64,000 nucleotides of DNA from a virus: the IMG/VR virus record IMGVR_UViG_3300025141_000048; one strand, given 5' to 3'. Below are positions 43,785-51,628 of the stretch, in pieces. The notes under the pieces are model-generated. The model saw nothing but the letters and a program-made list of their open reading frames with translations. It ran no database searches and was not told the DNA's origin. The position numbers were made by a program, and so were the translations under genes. Positions within the stretch are counted from its first letter, which is position 1, and every line of letters starts with the position of its first letter.

Positions 43785-43994
43785 ATGAAACCGAATCGAA
43801 TCAAACTTGCAATTGACTTAACCGTCCTTGTCTTGAGTCTTTTCCTCATGTTTGGCGTTGGACGTTTGAGTAACTGGGGACCCAACGTTAGCGACATTCC
43901 GTTATGGGGATGGATCTCTATGGGGCCGGGGGTGGCGGGATGGATCTGGCTCTGCAATGAACGGTGCAAAATTGATTGGCAAGGTTTTCCATAA
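43785..43994 (+). CDS. Small membrane protein
   Basis: 2 TM helices; leaderless after a CCATAG promoter. Confidence 0.6.
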   Translation: MKPNRIKLAIDLTVLVLSLFLMFGVGRLSNWGPNVSDIPLWGWISMGPGVAGWIWLCNERCKIDWQGFP

Positions 43995-44031
43995 ATACAT
44001 GGCATTACGACGGAAAGTCAAGACAAGGCTA

Positions 44032-44060
44032 TTGACAAGAGACGCAGGATATGTTAGATT
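44032..44060 (+). promoter_or_regulatory. Sigma-70 promoter for the initiator tRNA
   Basis: TTGACA-17-TAGATT with TG. Confidence 0.65.
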
Positions 44061-44089
44061 AAGCGTAATGGCCTTTGATAACCTAAGAT

Positions 44090-44163
44090 TGCGGAGTAGA
44101 GCAGTTAGGTAGCTCGGGTGGCTCATAACCACCAGGTCACAGGTTCGAATCCTGTCTCCGCTA
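44090..44163 (+). tRNA. tRNA-fMet-like (CAU)
   Basis: U1:U72 mismatch, A11:U24; anticodon stem GGTGG/CCACC (two of the three usual G-C pairs). Confidence 0.85.
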
Positions 44164-44327
44164 TTTGCTCGTCTGCGGTAGCTTTTTGGATCCTCTGACG
44201 GACGAGTAGAGTCATATTAGACCGAAAGGTCGAAACAGGGTGTCTGACTTTGTGTCGGTAAGGCCACCGTTCGCAAAGTTGGCATAATAACTTTGAAGCC
44301 TTAGGCTCAGGTGGAGTTCCCTATTTT
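44164..44327 (+). ncRNA. Candidate multi-stem non-coding RNA
   Basis: Six complementary stems (see findings); no ORF. Confidence 0.45.
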
Positions 44328-44357
44328 TTCCATAACCCAAATTTGCCTTGATATAAT
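44328..44357 (+). promoter_or_regulatory. CCATAG-class promoter 10/28
   Basis: TTCCATAA-CCCAAATTTGCCT-TGATATAAT. Confidence 0.75.
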
Positions 44358-44363
44358 AACATC

Positions 44364-44675
44364 ATGAGCGAAGACCAAGACCATCTCGAAGAAGAAAACG
44401 ATTACACCGACATTCCACTGCATTTATGCACCGTTCTCGATTACGACATCCTTATTATTTCTGATCTTGACTTCGTTCAAGAACAAGGTTTTAACACCTT
44501 GGTTCAACTTGTCTTTGCTGATCAAGATGGTGGTCAAACGACAATTCATATGACAGAAGCTGAGTCTGGAGCTTTGTGCATCAACATGATGAGGTTGCAT
44601 GCTGAAGTCTTGGATGACGATAATCCTAAGAAACAAGTGATGCTTGACTTCTTGGATGAACACTTCACGATATAA
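44364..44675 (+). CDS. Acidic hypothetical protein
   Basis: Leaderless after a CCATAG promoter. Confidence 0.6.
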   Translation: MSEDQDHLEEENDYTDIPLHLCTVLDYDILIISDLDFVQEQGFNTLVQLVFADQDGGQTTIHMTEAESGALCINMMRLHAEVLDDDNPKKQVMLDFLDEHFTI

Positions 44676-44677
44676 AT

Positions 44678-44708
44678 GCACCTGTAGCTCAATTGGAGAG
44701 AGCAAGAG
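44678..44708 (+). pseudogene. 5' half of an interrupted tRNA (Arg-UCU inferred)
   Basis: GCACCTG-TA-GCTC-AATTGGAGA-GAGC-A-AGAG; acceptor complementary to 45513-45519. Confidence 0.8.
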
Positions 44709-44781
44709 TCCCGCTAACTCAATTGGACAGAGTATCGCACTTCTAATGCGAAAGTTCCAGGTTCGAGTCCTGGGCGGGATA
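44708..44781 (+). tRNA. tRNA-Arg(UCU), nested inside the split tRNA
   Basis: GTCCCGC/GCGGGAT-A; TCGCA-CTTCTAA-TGCGA. Confidence 0.92.
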
Positions 44782-44860
44782 TTTTCGAACTATCAAAAAG
44801 GAATTTAGATTGAGAGTTCGAATGTGATAGTAACTTTATTCTTTATAAGGAGTTGCTATC

Positions 44861-45484
44861 ATGCATAAGACGGCCAAGAAACGAGCAGAACAAAAGCGAA
44901 AGCTTATCGAATTACTAGGAGGCAAATGCGAAGTATGTGGATATAATCGCAATGCGGCTGCCCTGGATTTTCATCACCGTGATCCAGACGAGAAAGACGC
45001 TTTTATTGGACATCTCATTAATTTCCACAAGTTTGAGCAGGCTTATGAAGAAGCGAAGAAATGCACTATTCTTTGCAAAGTATGCCATACAGAACATCAC
45101 AATCCAGACCTGGAGATCAAGGTTTCGGATAATGGGGATGTTCATTATATTAATCAGGAGCTTGATAGCATCGTCAAGACCTGCTCTGAGTGCGGGGAAT
45201 ATTCGGGAGGTATGACTTTCTGTTCTCAAGAATGTGCAAAACTTTCGCAACGTAAAGTAAAAAACAGACCATCTGAAAAAGAATTGAATGAATTGCTTAA
45301 GTCAATGAGTAAATGTGCGATTGGGAAGAAATTCGGAGTCAGCGAGGCTGCGATAAGGAAGTGGGTTGAGGCATCTAAACAGGCTAACGAATCGATCAAA
45401 AAAGCGTTTGCACCAGTTACCAAAGGATTGAATGAACATAACAAAAGGATGAGAGAATTAGGTCAAAATATTAAGCTATCTTGA
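44861..45484 (+). CDS. HNH homing endonuclease with C-terminal Zn-finger/HTH
   Basis: LGGKCEVCGY…ALDFHHRDP…KCTILCKVCHTEHH; GVSEAAIRKW. Confidence 0.9.
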   Translation: MHKTAKKRAEQKRKLIELLGGKCEVCGYNRNAAALDFHHRDPDEKDAFIGHLINFHKFEQAYEEAKKCTILCKVCHTEHHNPDLEIKVSDNGDVHYINQELDSIVKTCSECGEYSGGMTFCSQECAKLSQRKVKNRPSEKELNELLKSMSKCAIGKKFGVSEAAIRKWVEASKQANESIKKAFAPVTKGLNEHNKRMRELGQNIKLS

Positions 45485-45485
45485 T

Positions 45486-45520
45486 TCTCAAGGTTGAGGG
45501 TTCGAGTCCTTCCAGGTGTA
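45486..45520 (+). pseudogene. 3' half of the interrupted tRNA
   Basis: TCTCA-AGGTT-GAGGG-TTCGAGT-CCTTC-CAGGTGT-A. Confidence 0.8.
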
Positions 45521-45546
45521 CTTTGTCTATTTTAACAGGCCATTAA

Positions 45547-45620
45547 GCCCTTGTAGCTCAGTAGGATAGAGCAGAGTTTTCCTAAAGCTAAGGTCGCAAG
45601 TTCGAATCTTGCCAGGGGCA
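45547..45620 (+). tRNA. tRNA-Arg(CCU)
   Basis: GCCCTTG/CAGGGGC-A; loop TTCCTAA. Confidence 0.88.
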
Positions 45621-45697
45621 TTACATTTCTGGTATAATACCGTCAAGGAAAGAGAAGATCAGATAGCCACTTTCATGGAGGATTTGGTTACTCGACC

Positions 45698-45964
45698 ATG
45701 GAAAGTATGACGCTAACTTCATGGTTAACTAAGGAGAACCAAGTGGACGGTATTATAACAGTCCTGGTTCCCGCTGCATTACTGTTGGTAGCAACTATTA
45801 GTTTTGTTTTCTTGGTCCAAAAACTTTGTATGCCTTGCGATAATTGGAAGATCAAAGCATGGCTCTCCGTAGCCGTCTTTGTCTCTTTTGTCGTGACGGG
45901 CGTATGGACAATGACCAATCTCATCAATTCAAAGGAGATACATGTCTATCATGCTTCTCCATAG
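45698..45964 (+). CDS. Small 2-TM protein
   Basis: Hydrophobic helices; SD GGAGG. Confidence 0.6.
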   Translation: MESMTLTSWLTKENQVDGIITVLVPAALLLVATISFVFLVQKLCMPCDNWKIKAWLSVAVFVSFVVTGVWTMTNLINSKEIHVYHASP

Positions 45965-45986
45965 TGCCTAGCTTATCTGATATAAT
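45957..45986 (+). promoter_or_regulatory. CCATAG-class promoter 11/28
   Basis: CTCCATAG-TGCCTAGCTTATC-TGATATAAT. Confidence 0.8.
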
Positions 45987-46010
45987 GAGTCATAAGGAAA
46001 GGAGTTTCTT

Positions 46011-46721
46011 ATGGTTAAAGGTTCAAGAGGCAAGAAGGCGTGTCCGGAATGCCAAATGTTAGTTGGTGTCCGGACTTCTCTTTGTCCTGGTTGCGAGCAT
46101 GAGTTCGTCGCCGGAGCAAAAGATCGCAAGAAGGCGGAGTTCGAAAAGAAGTCGGCGGGCAGGGGTAAGAAGTATTGCCCGGACTGCGATGAAGTTATTG
46201 GGGCTGCCAGTCGAGCTTGTCCCCATTGCGGGTTCAAGTTTGTTAAGGCGGACAAGCCCAAGATTACTGCACCGAGACCGGCAAAAGAAGCACCCGATCC
46301 GGAACCCGTTGAGGATGAAGTTATTCCTCAGGAACCTCCGATCTGTGCGACCCCATCTCTTACTCGACTTGTTGCAATCCTGATGGATAAAGAGGTAAAC
46401 AAAGAACGTCTGAATCATATTGCGATTCCTTCGGGGCATTGCCCTGTCACCGTTTCCAAAGAAGTTGTCGAAAATCCGACGAAAGAAGCAGTCGTCGAAT
46501 GGGCTAACAAGGTCATCGATCACGGATTGGATAATGATGACTCGTTCTATTGCTGCTCGGCGGTTCAGTATTGGGCTGGCCATTTCTGGGATCGCTTTGA
46601 CGGCACCGAAAATGGTAAAGAGGTTGCACGATGGCTCGCCGAAGAGTTCGATCCCCAGTTCGACAATAACTGGACTGAGGATGTCGATGCACCGGACGAA
46701 GAGGAAGAAGTGGCAGCCTAA
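46011..46721 (+). CDS. Double zinc-ribbon protein
   Basis: CPEC…CPGC and CPDC…CPHC; SD GAAAGGAG. Confidence 0.7.
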   Translation: MVKGSRGKKACPECQMLVGVRTSLCPGCEHEFVAGAKDRKKAEFEKKSAGRGKKYCPDCDEVIGAASRACPHCGFKFVKADKPKITAPRPAKEAPDPEPVEDEVIPQEPPICATPSLTRLVAILMDKEVNKERLNHIAIPSGHCPVTVSKEVVENPTKEAVVEWANKVIDHGLDNDDSFYCCSAVQYWAGHFWDRFDGTENGKEVARWLAEEFDPQFDNNWTEDVDAPDEEEEVAA

Positions 46722-46834
46722 AGTGATATTGCCGAGAATATTCTTGGTAACAAGGTATTGAAATCTGTTTGCGATACTCTAATCTAGTCAAATACGGAGG
46801 CTTTATCCTGAAGTAGTTTTATAGGAGAAGTCAT

Positions 46835-47272
46835 GTGCAATTACGGCATCAATTTATACAAGAAGCAGGGAAGCGGCTCAGCCATTTGCCCCCAGAAGCA
46901 AGGAAAAGAACCCTACAAATCATCTGCGAAGATCTTAAGGATATCATAGATCCTTGGAGAGAACTGCGAGAGGAGTCCATAGCTCCGCCTGCAATAAGCA
47001 TTGATGATTTAATAGCTTTAGAACAAATAGCCAGAGGGATTGAACCAGATCCAGAGCCGGAGCCTGAGGAGTCTTCCCAATTTAATTGGGGTCGAGAAGC
47101 TCTTCATGAGGCGATCTGGAACGAGGATATCCCTGCGGTACAGAAGTTGGCTGAAGATGGGGCGGACATGGAGGTTACAGATAATGCGGGTCGCACCCCT
47201 TATCAACTAGCCTTGATGTTGAATAATCCCAAAATCATAGCCATACTGAGGCGAGCAATAAGATCTCCATAG
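46835..47272 (+). CDS. Ankyrin-repeat protein
   Basis: ALHEAIWNED…LAEDGADMEVTDNAGRTPYQLA. Confidence 0.8.
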   Translation: MQLRHQFIQEAGKRLSHLPPEARKRTLQIICEDLKDIIDPWRELREESIAPPAISIDDLIALEQIARGIEPDPEPEPEESSQFNWGREALHEAIWNEDIPAVQKLAEDGADMEVTDNAGRTPYQLALMLNNPKIIAILRRAIRSP

Positions 47273-47293
47273 CTGACAGATTTCTGATATAAT
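47265..47293 (+). promoter_or_regulatory. CCATAG-class promoter 12/28
   Basis: CTCCATAG-CTGACAGATTTC-TGATATAAT. Confidence 0.8.
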
Positions 47294-47299
47294 CTGTCC

Positions 47300-47593
47300 A
47301 TGCTGAAGATCTCTCAAGAACGTATCGAAGAACTTTGTCTTCAGATCATGGCGGACCCAGCCAAGATCGGTGGATCTATTAATTGGTTCACCCAAGAGAT
47401 CCAAGAGTACTTCAACGTTGATCTCAATTCTGAGGAGACTTTGGATGATCATCCCAGATGGAGGTCAAAGGTTTATCGTACTCTTCAGTCTCTGGTAAAG
47501 AAGAAGTCGGCGCAAAGAGAAAGAGTTTACGGCGGCACCGGTTTTCTTCGACCGGGCTGGTACTTCGTGTATGGTCTCTATAAGGACTCGTAG
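47300..47593 (+). CDS. Hypothetical protein (possible winged helix)
   Basis: Leaderless; WRSKVYRTLQSLVKK helix. Confidence 0.55.
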   Translation: MLKISQERIEELCLQIMADPAKIGGSINWFTQEIQEYFNVDLNSEETLDDHPRWRSKVYRTLQSLVKKKSAQRERVYGGTGFLRPGWYFVYGLYKDS

Positions 47594-47614
47594 CTCAGGG
47601 GTCAGAGCAGGGCG
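47584..47614 (+). pseudogene. Orphan tRNA 5' half
   Basis: GGACTCG-TA-GCTC-AGGGGTCA-GAGC-A-GGGCG. Confidence 0.65.
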
Positions 47615-47642
47615 GGTAGCTGAGAGGCTTAGCAGTTGATAA

Positions 47643-47729
47643 GGGAGTATGCCCTGAGTGGTCGAAAGGAACTGACTCATAATCGGTCGGCGTAACAGCC
47701 CATCGCAGGTTCGAATCCTGCTGCTCCCA
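47643..47729 (+). tRNA. tRNA(CAU) (elongator Met or Ile2) with long variable arm
   Basis: GGGAGTA/TGCTCCC-A; ACTGA-CTCATAA-TCGGT; V-arm GGC-GTAACA-GCC. Confidence 0.85.
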
Positions 47730-47879
47730 TTATTGCAAAAGTGGATGATTTTTATAGCGAGAATCAGATCGTTCATCTTCGATTTCAATATGACAGTTGC
47801 TGCAAAGAAGATCGCACTTCTTTGCTTCTTTTAAGACATCTTTCCAGGCGTGGCTGGTGAGATGTCTACCGGGTCCATT

Positions 47880-47908
47880 TTCCATTGCCGATAATTTTCT
47901 GATATAAT
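47880..47908 (+). promoter_or_regulatory. CCATAG-class promoter 13/28
   Basis: TTCCATTG-CCGATAATTTTC-TGATATAAT. Confidence 0.8.
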
Positions 47909-47914
47909 GTCAAC

Positions 47915-49156
47915 ATGAAAGCCCGCAAAAGAGCCAATTCCTGTCCCATAGTATATGAGCGGACACCCCTGGTTACTCAGATCGTTGATAAAATCGGCGA
48001 ACGAAGAGCTTCCGGATATAGAAGATCGCTGCATTATGCTGAAGATCAAGGGCTTGAGGGAGTTGATAACTCTACCCATACTACTCAGCCATGTATGGCG
48101 TTTAATAGCAGACGATGGAGTAAAGGTCCATTCGAAAACAACCCCAGATGGACAAAAGGAAAGATTGTATTCAGAGCTAAGGCATGTTATGATGAGTCTA
48201 AGAAAGAGAAGACAATGAAAACGAAAACTCCTATACCGCATCAAAAACTCATTGACATACGGATGAGCCACCCGTCTGTTCAAGCCTTGTCACCCAAACG
48301 ACAGCAAATCTTCCGGGATATCCTGATCGAATACAAGTTCAAGGATAATAAGTTGTTTCATTCGGAGCAGAGACGCAGCAAAGTTGAAATGATGGAGATT
48401 CCGGGCGATATCGCCGAACGAGAAGCTTCATGGAACAATTGGCTGGCGAACTTTGCTCTCGAAGGTTTCAGAAAACAGCTTAAGATCTTCCCCGTCCTGT
48501 CTGCGGAAGATGAGCGAGCACTGTTTTTACGATACAATCTGACTCGTTGGCATGTTTCACGTATCAGAAAACTTATCCTCCGCCGTCCCATGCACATGGT
48601 TATGATTGAGGAGCTTTTAGATTGGTATGACAGGTCAAAAGAATTGGAGAATGCAGCGTGCGTTTATAATTACGGCTTGGTTTTTGCCGTAATCAAACGT
48701 CAGTTCCCAAGAACTCCGCCCGGTATTGGTAGTGAACTCTTTGCTACCGGTCTCGATAGAGTTCGAGCTTCCGTTGGTGGATTTGATGTCGGTCGAGGAT
48801 TCAAGTTTTCCTCCTATGCATGGAGAGGTATTAAACAGGCCATCTCTCTGGACCTGTCAAAGTACAACAAATATCACAATCGCATTGCTAGTGATTTCAA
48901 TCCTCACCTTGAAAAAGGCGTGATAGATGCGAGCGTTGAGATTCAAGAAGACTTGGATCACATGCATTTCGTGTTGGAGCACAATTCTGCCGATCTTTCC
49001 GATATGGAGCAGCGGGTTATCGACATGCGGTTTGGTTTTTCTACAAATGATCGACCCATGACTTTAATGCAAGTCGGTGCTATTTTTAACCTGACCAAAG
49101 AGCGTGTCCGCCAGATTCAGTACAAAGCTCTGGAGAAATTGCATGCGCAATTCTAA
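47915..49156 (+). CDS. Sigma-70 family RNA polymerase sigma factor (alternative start 48215)
   Basis: LSAEDERALF, YNYGLV, FDVGRGFKFSSYA, region 4 MTLMQVG…TKERVRQIQ. Confidence 0.9.
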   Translation: MKARKRANSCPIVYERTPLVTQIVDKIGERRASGYRRSLHYAEDQGLEGVDNSTHTTQPCMAFNSRRWSKGPFENNPRWTKGKIVFRAKACYDESKKEKTMKTKTPIPHQKLIDIRMSHPSVQALSPKRQQIFRDILIEYKFKDNKLFHSEQRRSKVEMMEIPGDIAEREASWNNWLANFALEGFRKQLKIFPVLSAEDERALFLRYNLTRWHVSRIRKLILRRPMHMVMIEELLDWYDRSKELENAACVYNYGLVFAVIKRQFPRTPPGIGSELFATGLDRVRASVGGFDVGRGFKFSSYAWRGIKQAISLDLSKYNKYHNRIASDFNPHLEKGVIDASVEIQEDLDHMHFVLEHNSADLSDMEQRVIDMRFGFSTNDRPMTLMQVGAIFNLTKERVRQIQYKALEKLHAQF

Positions 49157-49490
49157 TCATATCCTGGTTCTCATTGCACTGGACAAGCACCGATCCGACC
49201 TGTTGGGTAACGTCTTTCCTTTCGATGGAATCGTTGTTGCCGAAAAGTTCATGAATGATCGGGAAGTTACTAACGGATTGATTGGCAGCCTCAATGGAGA
49301 GAACGAATATTTCCAACACCCAAAGCCCAAAAACTGGGTAGTCGTTCGAGTTCATAAAGATGATGCTGTCCATATCGAAAGCACCATCATTAAGTTTCAA
49401 AAGGGTTTTGTACTCGAATATGGCACCAGGAAAAAGGCGATGCAATGCATTAAGTCCCGTCTAGAAGACCCTTTACATGCCTACCGTTAA
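49143..49490 (+). CDS. Hypothetical protein
   Basis: ORF overlapping the sigma gene end. Confidence 0.45.
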   Translation: MRNSNHILVLIALDKHRSDLLGNVFPFDGIVVAEKFMNDREVTNGLIGSLNGENEYFQHPKPKNWVVVRVHKDDAVHIESTIIKFQKGFVLEYGTRKKAMQCIKSRLEDPLHAYR

Positions 49491-49491
49491 T

Positions 49492-49521
49492 TTCCATAGC
49501 TGATTAAACCTTTGATATAAT
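49492..49521 (+). promoter_or_regulatory. CCATAG-class promoter 14/28
   Basis: TTCCATAG-CTGATTAAACCTT-TGATATAAT. Confidence 0.8.
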
Positions 49522-49526
49522 AGGTC

Positions 49527-49892
49527 ATGAACGGAAATGACCAAGTCGTGCTGAATCTTGTCGGCGGAGCCGTTGCCCTTGGCTGCTTTGTATGGGGCTT
49601 CAAATGGCTTAATGCTCCCGATGACGGTGACCCTGACAATGAATCTGCTTGGGGATGGGGCGGAGCCTGTTGGGTTTTCGCTGCCCTTGTCGTGTTCTCT
49701 GTCTGGGCGATGGGTTTGCCGGAAGGTAAGAACCCCATTGACTATGGCGTTGATGCTCCGCAAATGACAGGCGTATTATGTCTTGCGTTTGCAGCTTCAA
49801 TGATTTATCGTGCAATCTTTACTAAGACTGGCTACCTCTTGGTTGCCGGAGCGTTAGGATTATTGGTTGGCTTCTGGTTCGCATTCATGTAG
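49527..49892 (+). CDS. 4-TM membrane protein
   Basis: Hydrophobic helices; leaderless. Confidence 0.65.
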   Translation: MNGNDQVVLNLVGGAVALGCFVWGFKWLNAPDDGDPDNESAWGWGGACWVFAALVVFSVWAMGLPEGKNPIDYGVDAPQMTGVLCLAFAASMIYRAIFTKTGYLLVAGALGLLVGFWFAFM

Positions 49893-49901
49893 GATTAAGT
49901 C

Positions 49902-50258
49902 ATGTTTGCTTTCATTGGTGCAATCATTGGTTTGATCGGCTGCATCTTTCTTTGGTGCAGCGATCATGAAGCTGCTGCCGCATGGTTCGGATTTACCTGC
50001 TGCTTAGTTGGTATCTGTTCCGATATCATCTTCCCCTTCCAACCTACTATCTCTTTGCCTTTAACCTGCCAAGCGGTTTTCTTTCTTTTCATTTACATGT
50101 TTATGTTAGTCGATCAGGGTCAAGGTAAATATTTTGCAGCTTTGCTCTTGTTTACCTTTGGAGTCCCTACGCTTGGGATTGGAATCCAAACGAAAGTAGG
50201 ATTGACGGCTGTCATTGGAATGATGCTGATCGGGGCTGGTATCTATTGTTGGCCTTGA
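49902..50258 (+). CDS. Multi-TM membrane protein
   Basis: Hydrophobic throughout. Confidence 0.65.
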   Translation: MFAFIGAIIGLIGCIFLWCSDHEAAAAWFGFTCCLVGICSDIIFPFQPTISLPLTCQAVFFLFIYMFMLVDQGQGKYFAALLLFTFGVPTLGIGIQTKVGLTAVIGMMLIGAGIYCWP

Positions 50259-50265
50259 CGGGAAA

Positions 50266-50295
50266 CTCCATAGCTGATATCTTCTCTGATATAAT
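50266..50295 (+). promoter_or_regulatory. CCATAG-class promoter 15/28
   Basis: CTCCATAG-CTGATATCTTCTC-TGATATAAT. Confidence 0.8.
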
Positions 50296-50320
50296 TCGGC
50301 AACAGGAAAGGAATGCCTCG

Positions 50321-51118
50321 ATGAAAAAAGCACTTGGCATCGTATGCTACAAAGGCCCATCATTGATCGACAACGAACCGATTGTGGCAATCGCCACTGG
50401 CATCGGTCGCAAGTCAAAGAATGAGAAAACGGGCGATATGATTCAGGTATGGATCATTCGTTCGGATACCGATCCTATCACCGCTCATGTTGAGGGTGAC
50501 GATGTTTCGGTATGCGGCGATTGTAAACACCGAATCATGGGCAGTTGTTACGTCAATCTTATTCATGGCCCCCGTCAAGTCTACTTGGCTTATAAAGCGG
50601 GAAGCTATGAAGATGCAAAGCCGGAACACCTTGATTACTTCCGGGATCGTTTCTTACGCATCGGAGCTTATGGCGATCCGGCTGCCGTTCCTACGTTCAT
50701 ATGGGAAACGCTTTGCGGCGTTGCTAAGCACTGGACCGGTTATACCCATCAATGGAAAGATCGAAGTATTGACCCTGAGCTTCGTAACTATTGCATGGCG
50801 TCATGCGATACGGAAGTTGAGGTAAGGGAAGCATTGGCGGTAAACTGGACACCGTTTTATGCTCGCCAAGTTCATGCTCCGATTCCGGTTGGCGGATTCG
50901 TTTGCCCGGCAAGTAAAGAGGCAGGCAAACGTCTTACTTGCGAACAATGCCGAGCTTGTAGGGGCGGCGAACACAATGGTATAAAGGGTTATCCGGTTAT
51001 CATTGTTCATGGCGCACCGATGAGACAGGCTATTTTTCGTAAACATATCACCCGATATATAAAGTTGGGTGTTCGCCGAGAAAATCGGCGAAAGCGAAAG
51101 GAAATGGTAACGGCATGA
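50321..51118 (+). CDS. Cys-rich phage protein, possible Fe-S enzyme
   Basis: KNEKTGDMIQVW, CGDCKHR..GSCY, LRIGAYGDP, GYTHQW, CPAS…CEQCRAC. Confidence 0.7.
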   Translation: MKKALGIVCYKGPSLIDNEPIVAIATGIGRKSKNEKTGDMIQVWIIRSDTDPITAHVEGDDVSVCGDCKHRIMGSCYVNLIHGPRQVYLAYKAGSYEDAKPEHLDYFRDRFLRIGAYGDPAAVPTFIWETLCGVAKHWTGYTHQWKDRSIDPELRNYCMASCDTEVEVREALAVNWTPFYARQVHAPIPVGGFVCPASKEAGKRLTCEQCRACRGGEHNGIKGYPVIIVHGAPMRQAIFRKHITRYIKLGVRRENRRKRKEMVTA

Positions 51119-51597
51119 GAATCATTGAAACCATCCGGTTTGATAAACCCGAACAAGCGGTGTTCCACCGTTGTCGTCGATGGATCTCTCTCGCCGAAAG
51201 TCTTGAGCTTTCAGAAGATGAATACAAGCATGCCATTCGTATCATCAACGAACCGTCTGGACTTGCCAAGGATAGACTGAAGGAAAGTCGAGACGTGTGG
51301 GAAAAGATTCGTCAAGTTGCTGTCACCCGTATAGACGAAATGAATATTCAGATTCATATCCTTCCCGAATTGGCGGAAGGTATCATCATGCGTCCGAAAC
51401 AGTTGGCGGAGACCGTCATCCAATGCTCTGAAGATGCCATCAAAGACATTGATTTGTTGCTGCTGGTTTTAGGAGTAGCTATTGGATGCATGGTTGATAA
51501 GCCGAATTTCGACGGATACGAAACTGACCACGAAGGGAACGAAATCGATGGCAAAGGTCCTATTGAATTTGCTAACGATATCGCTATTATGAGATGA
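51115..51597 (+). CDS. Hypothetical protein
   Basis: ATGA-coupled ORF. Confidence 0.55.
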   Translation: MRIIETIRFDKPEQAVFHRCRRWISLAESLELSEDEYKHAIRIINEPSGLAKDRLKESRDVWEKIRQVAVTRIDEMNIQIHILPELAEGIIMRPKQLAETVIQCSEDAIKDIDLLLLVLGVAIGCMVDKPNFDGYETDHEGNEIDGKGPIEFANDIAIMR

Positions 51598-51628
51598 TCA
51601 GGGAACATTAGTACAAGGAACGCAAGTC

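Noticed and set aside
42486-43816. ORF-track calls across the tRNA array (e.g. 42486..42755, 42528..42833, 42820..43098, 43604..43816)
   Set aside because: Chance readings through tRNA genes.
44194-44250. Hammerhead ribozyme (GACC-GAAA-GGTC-GAAA)
   Set aside because: CUGANGA does not immediately precede the stem (CTGACGG lies ~20 nt upstream) and no stem III/UH site fits.
44678-45520. Group I intron in a tRNA anticodon loop
   Set aside because: No P/Q/R/S core recognised, the insert holds a complete tRNA, and the anticodon loop bases are lost.
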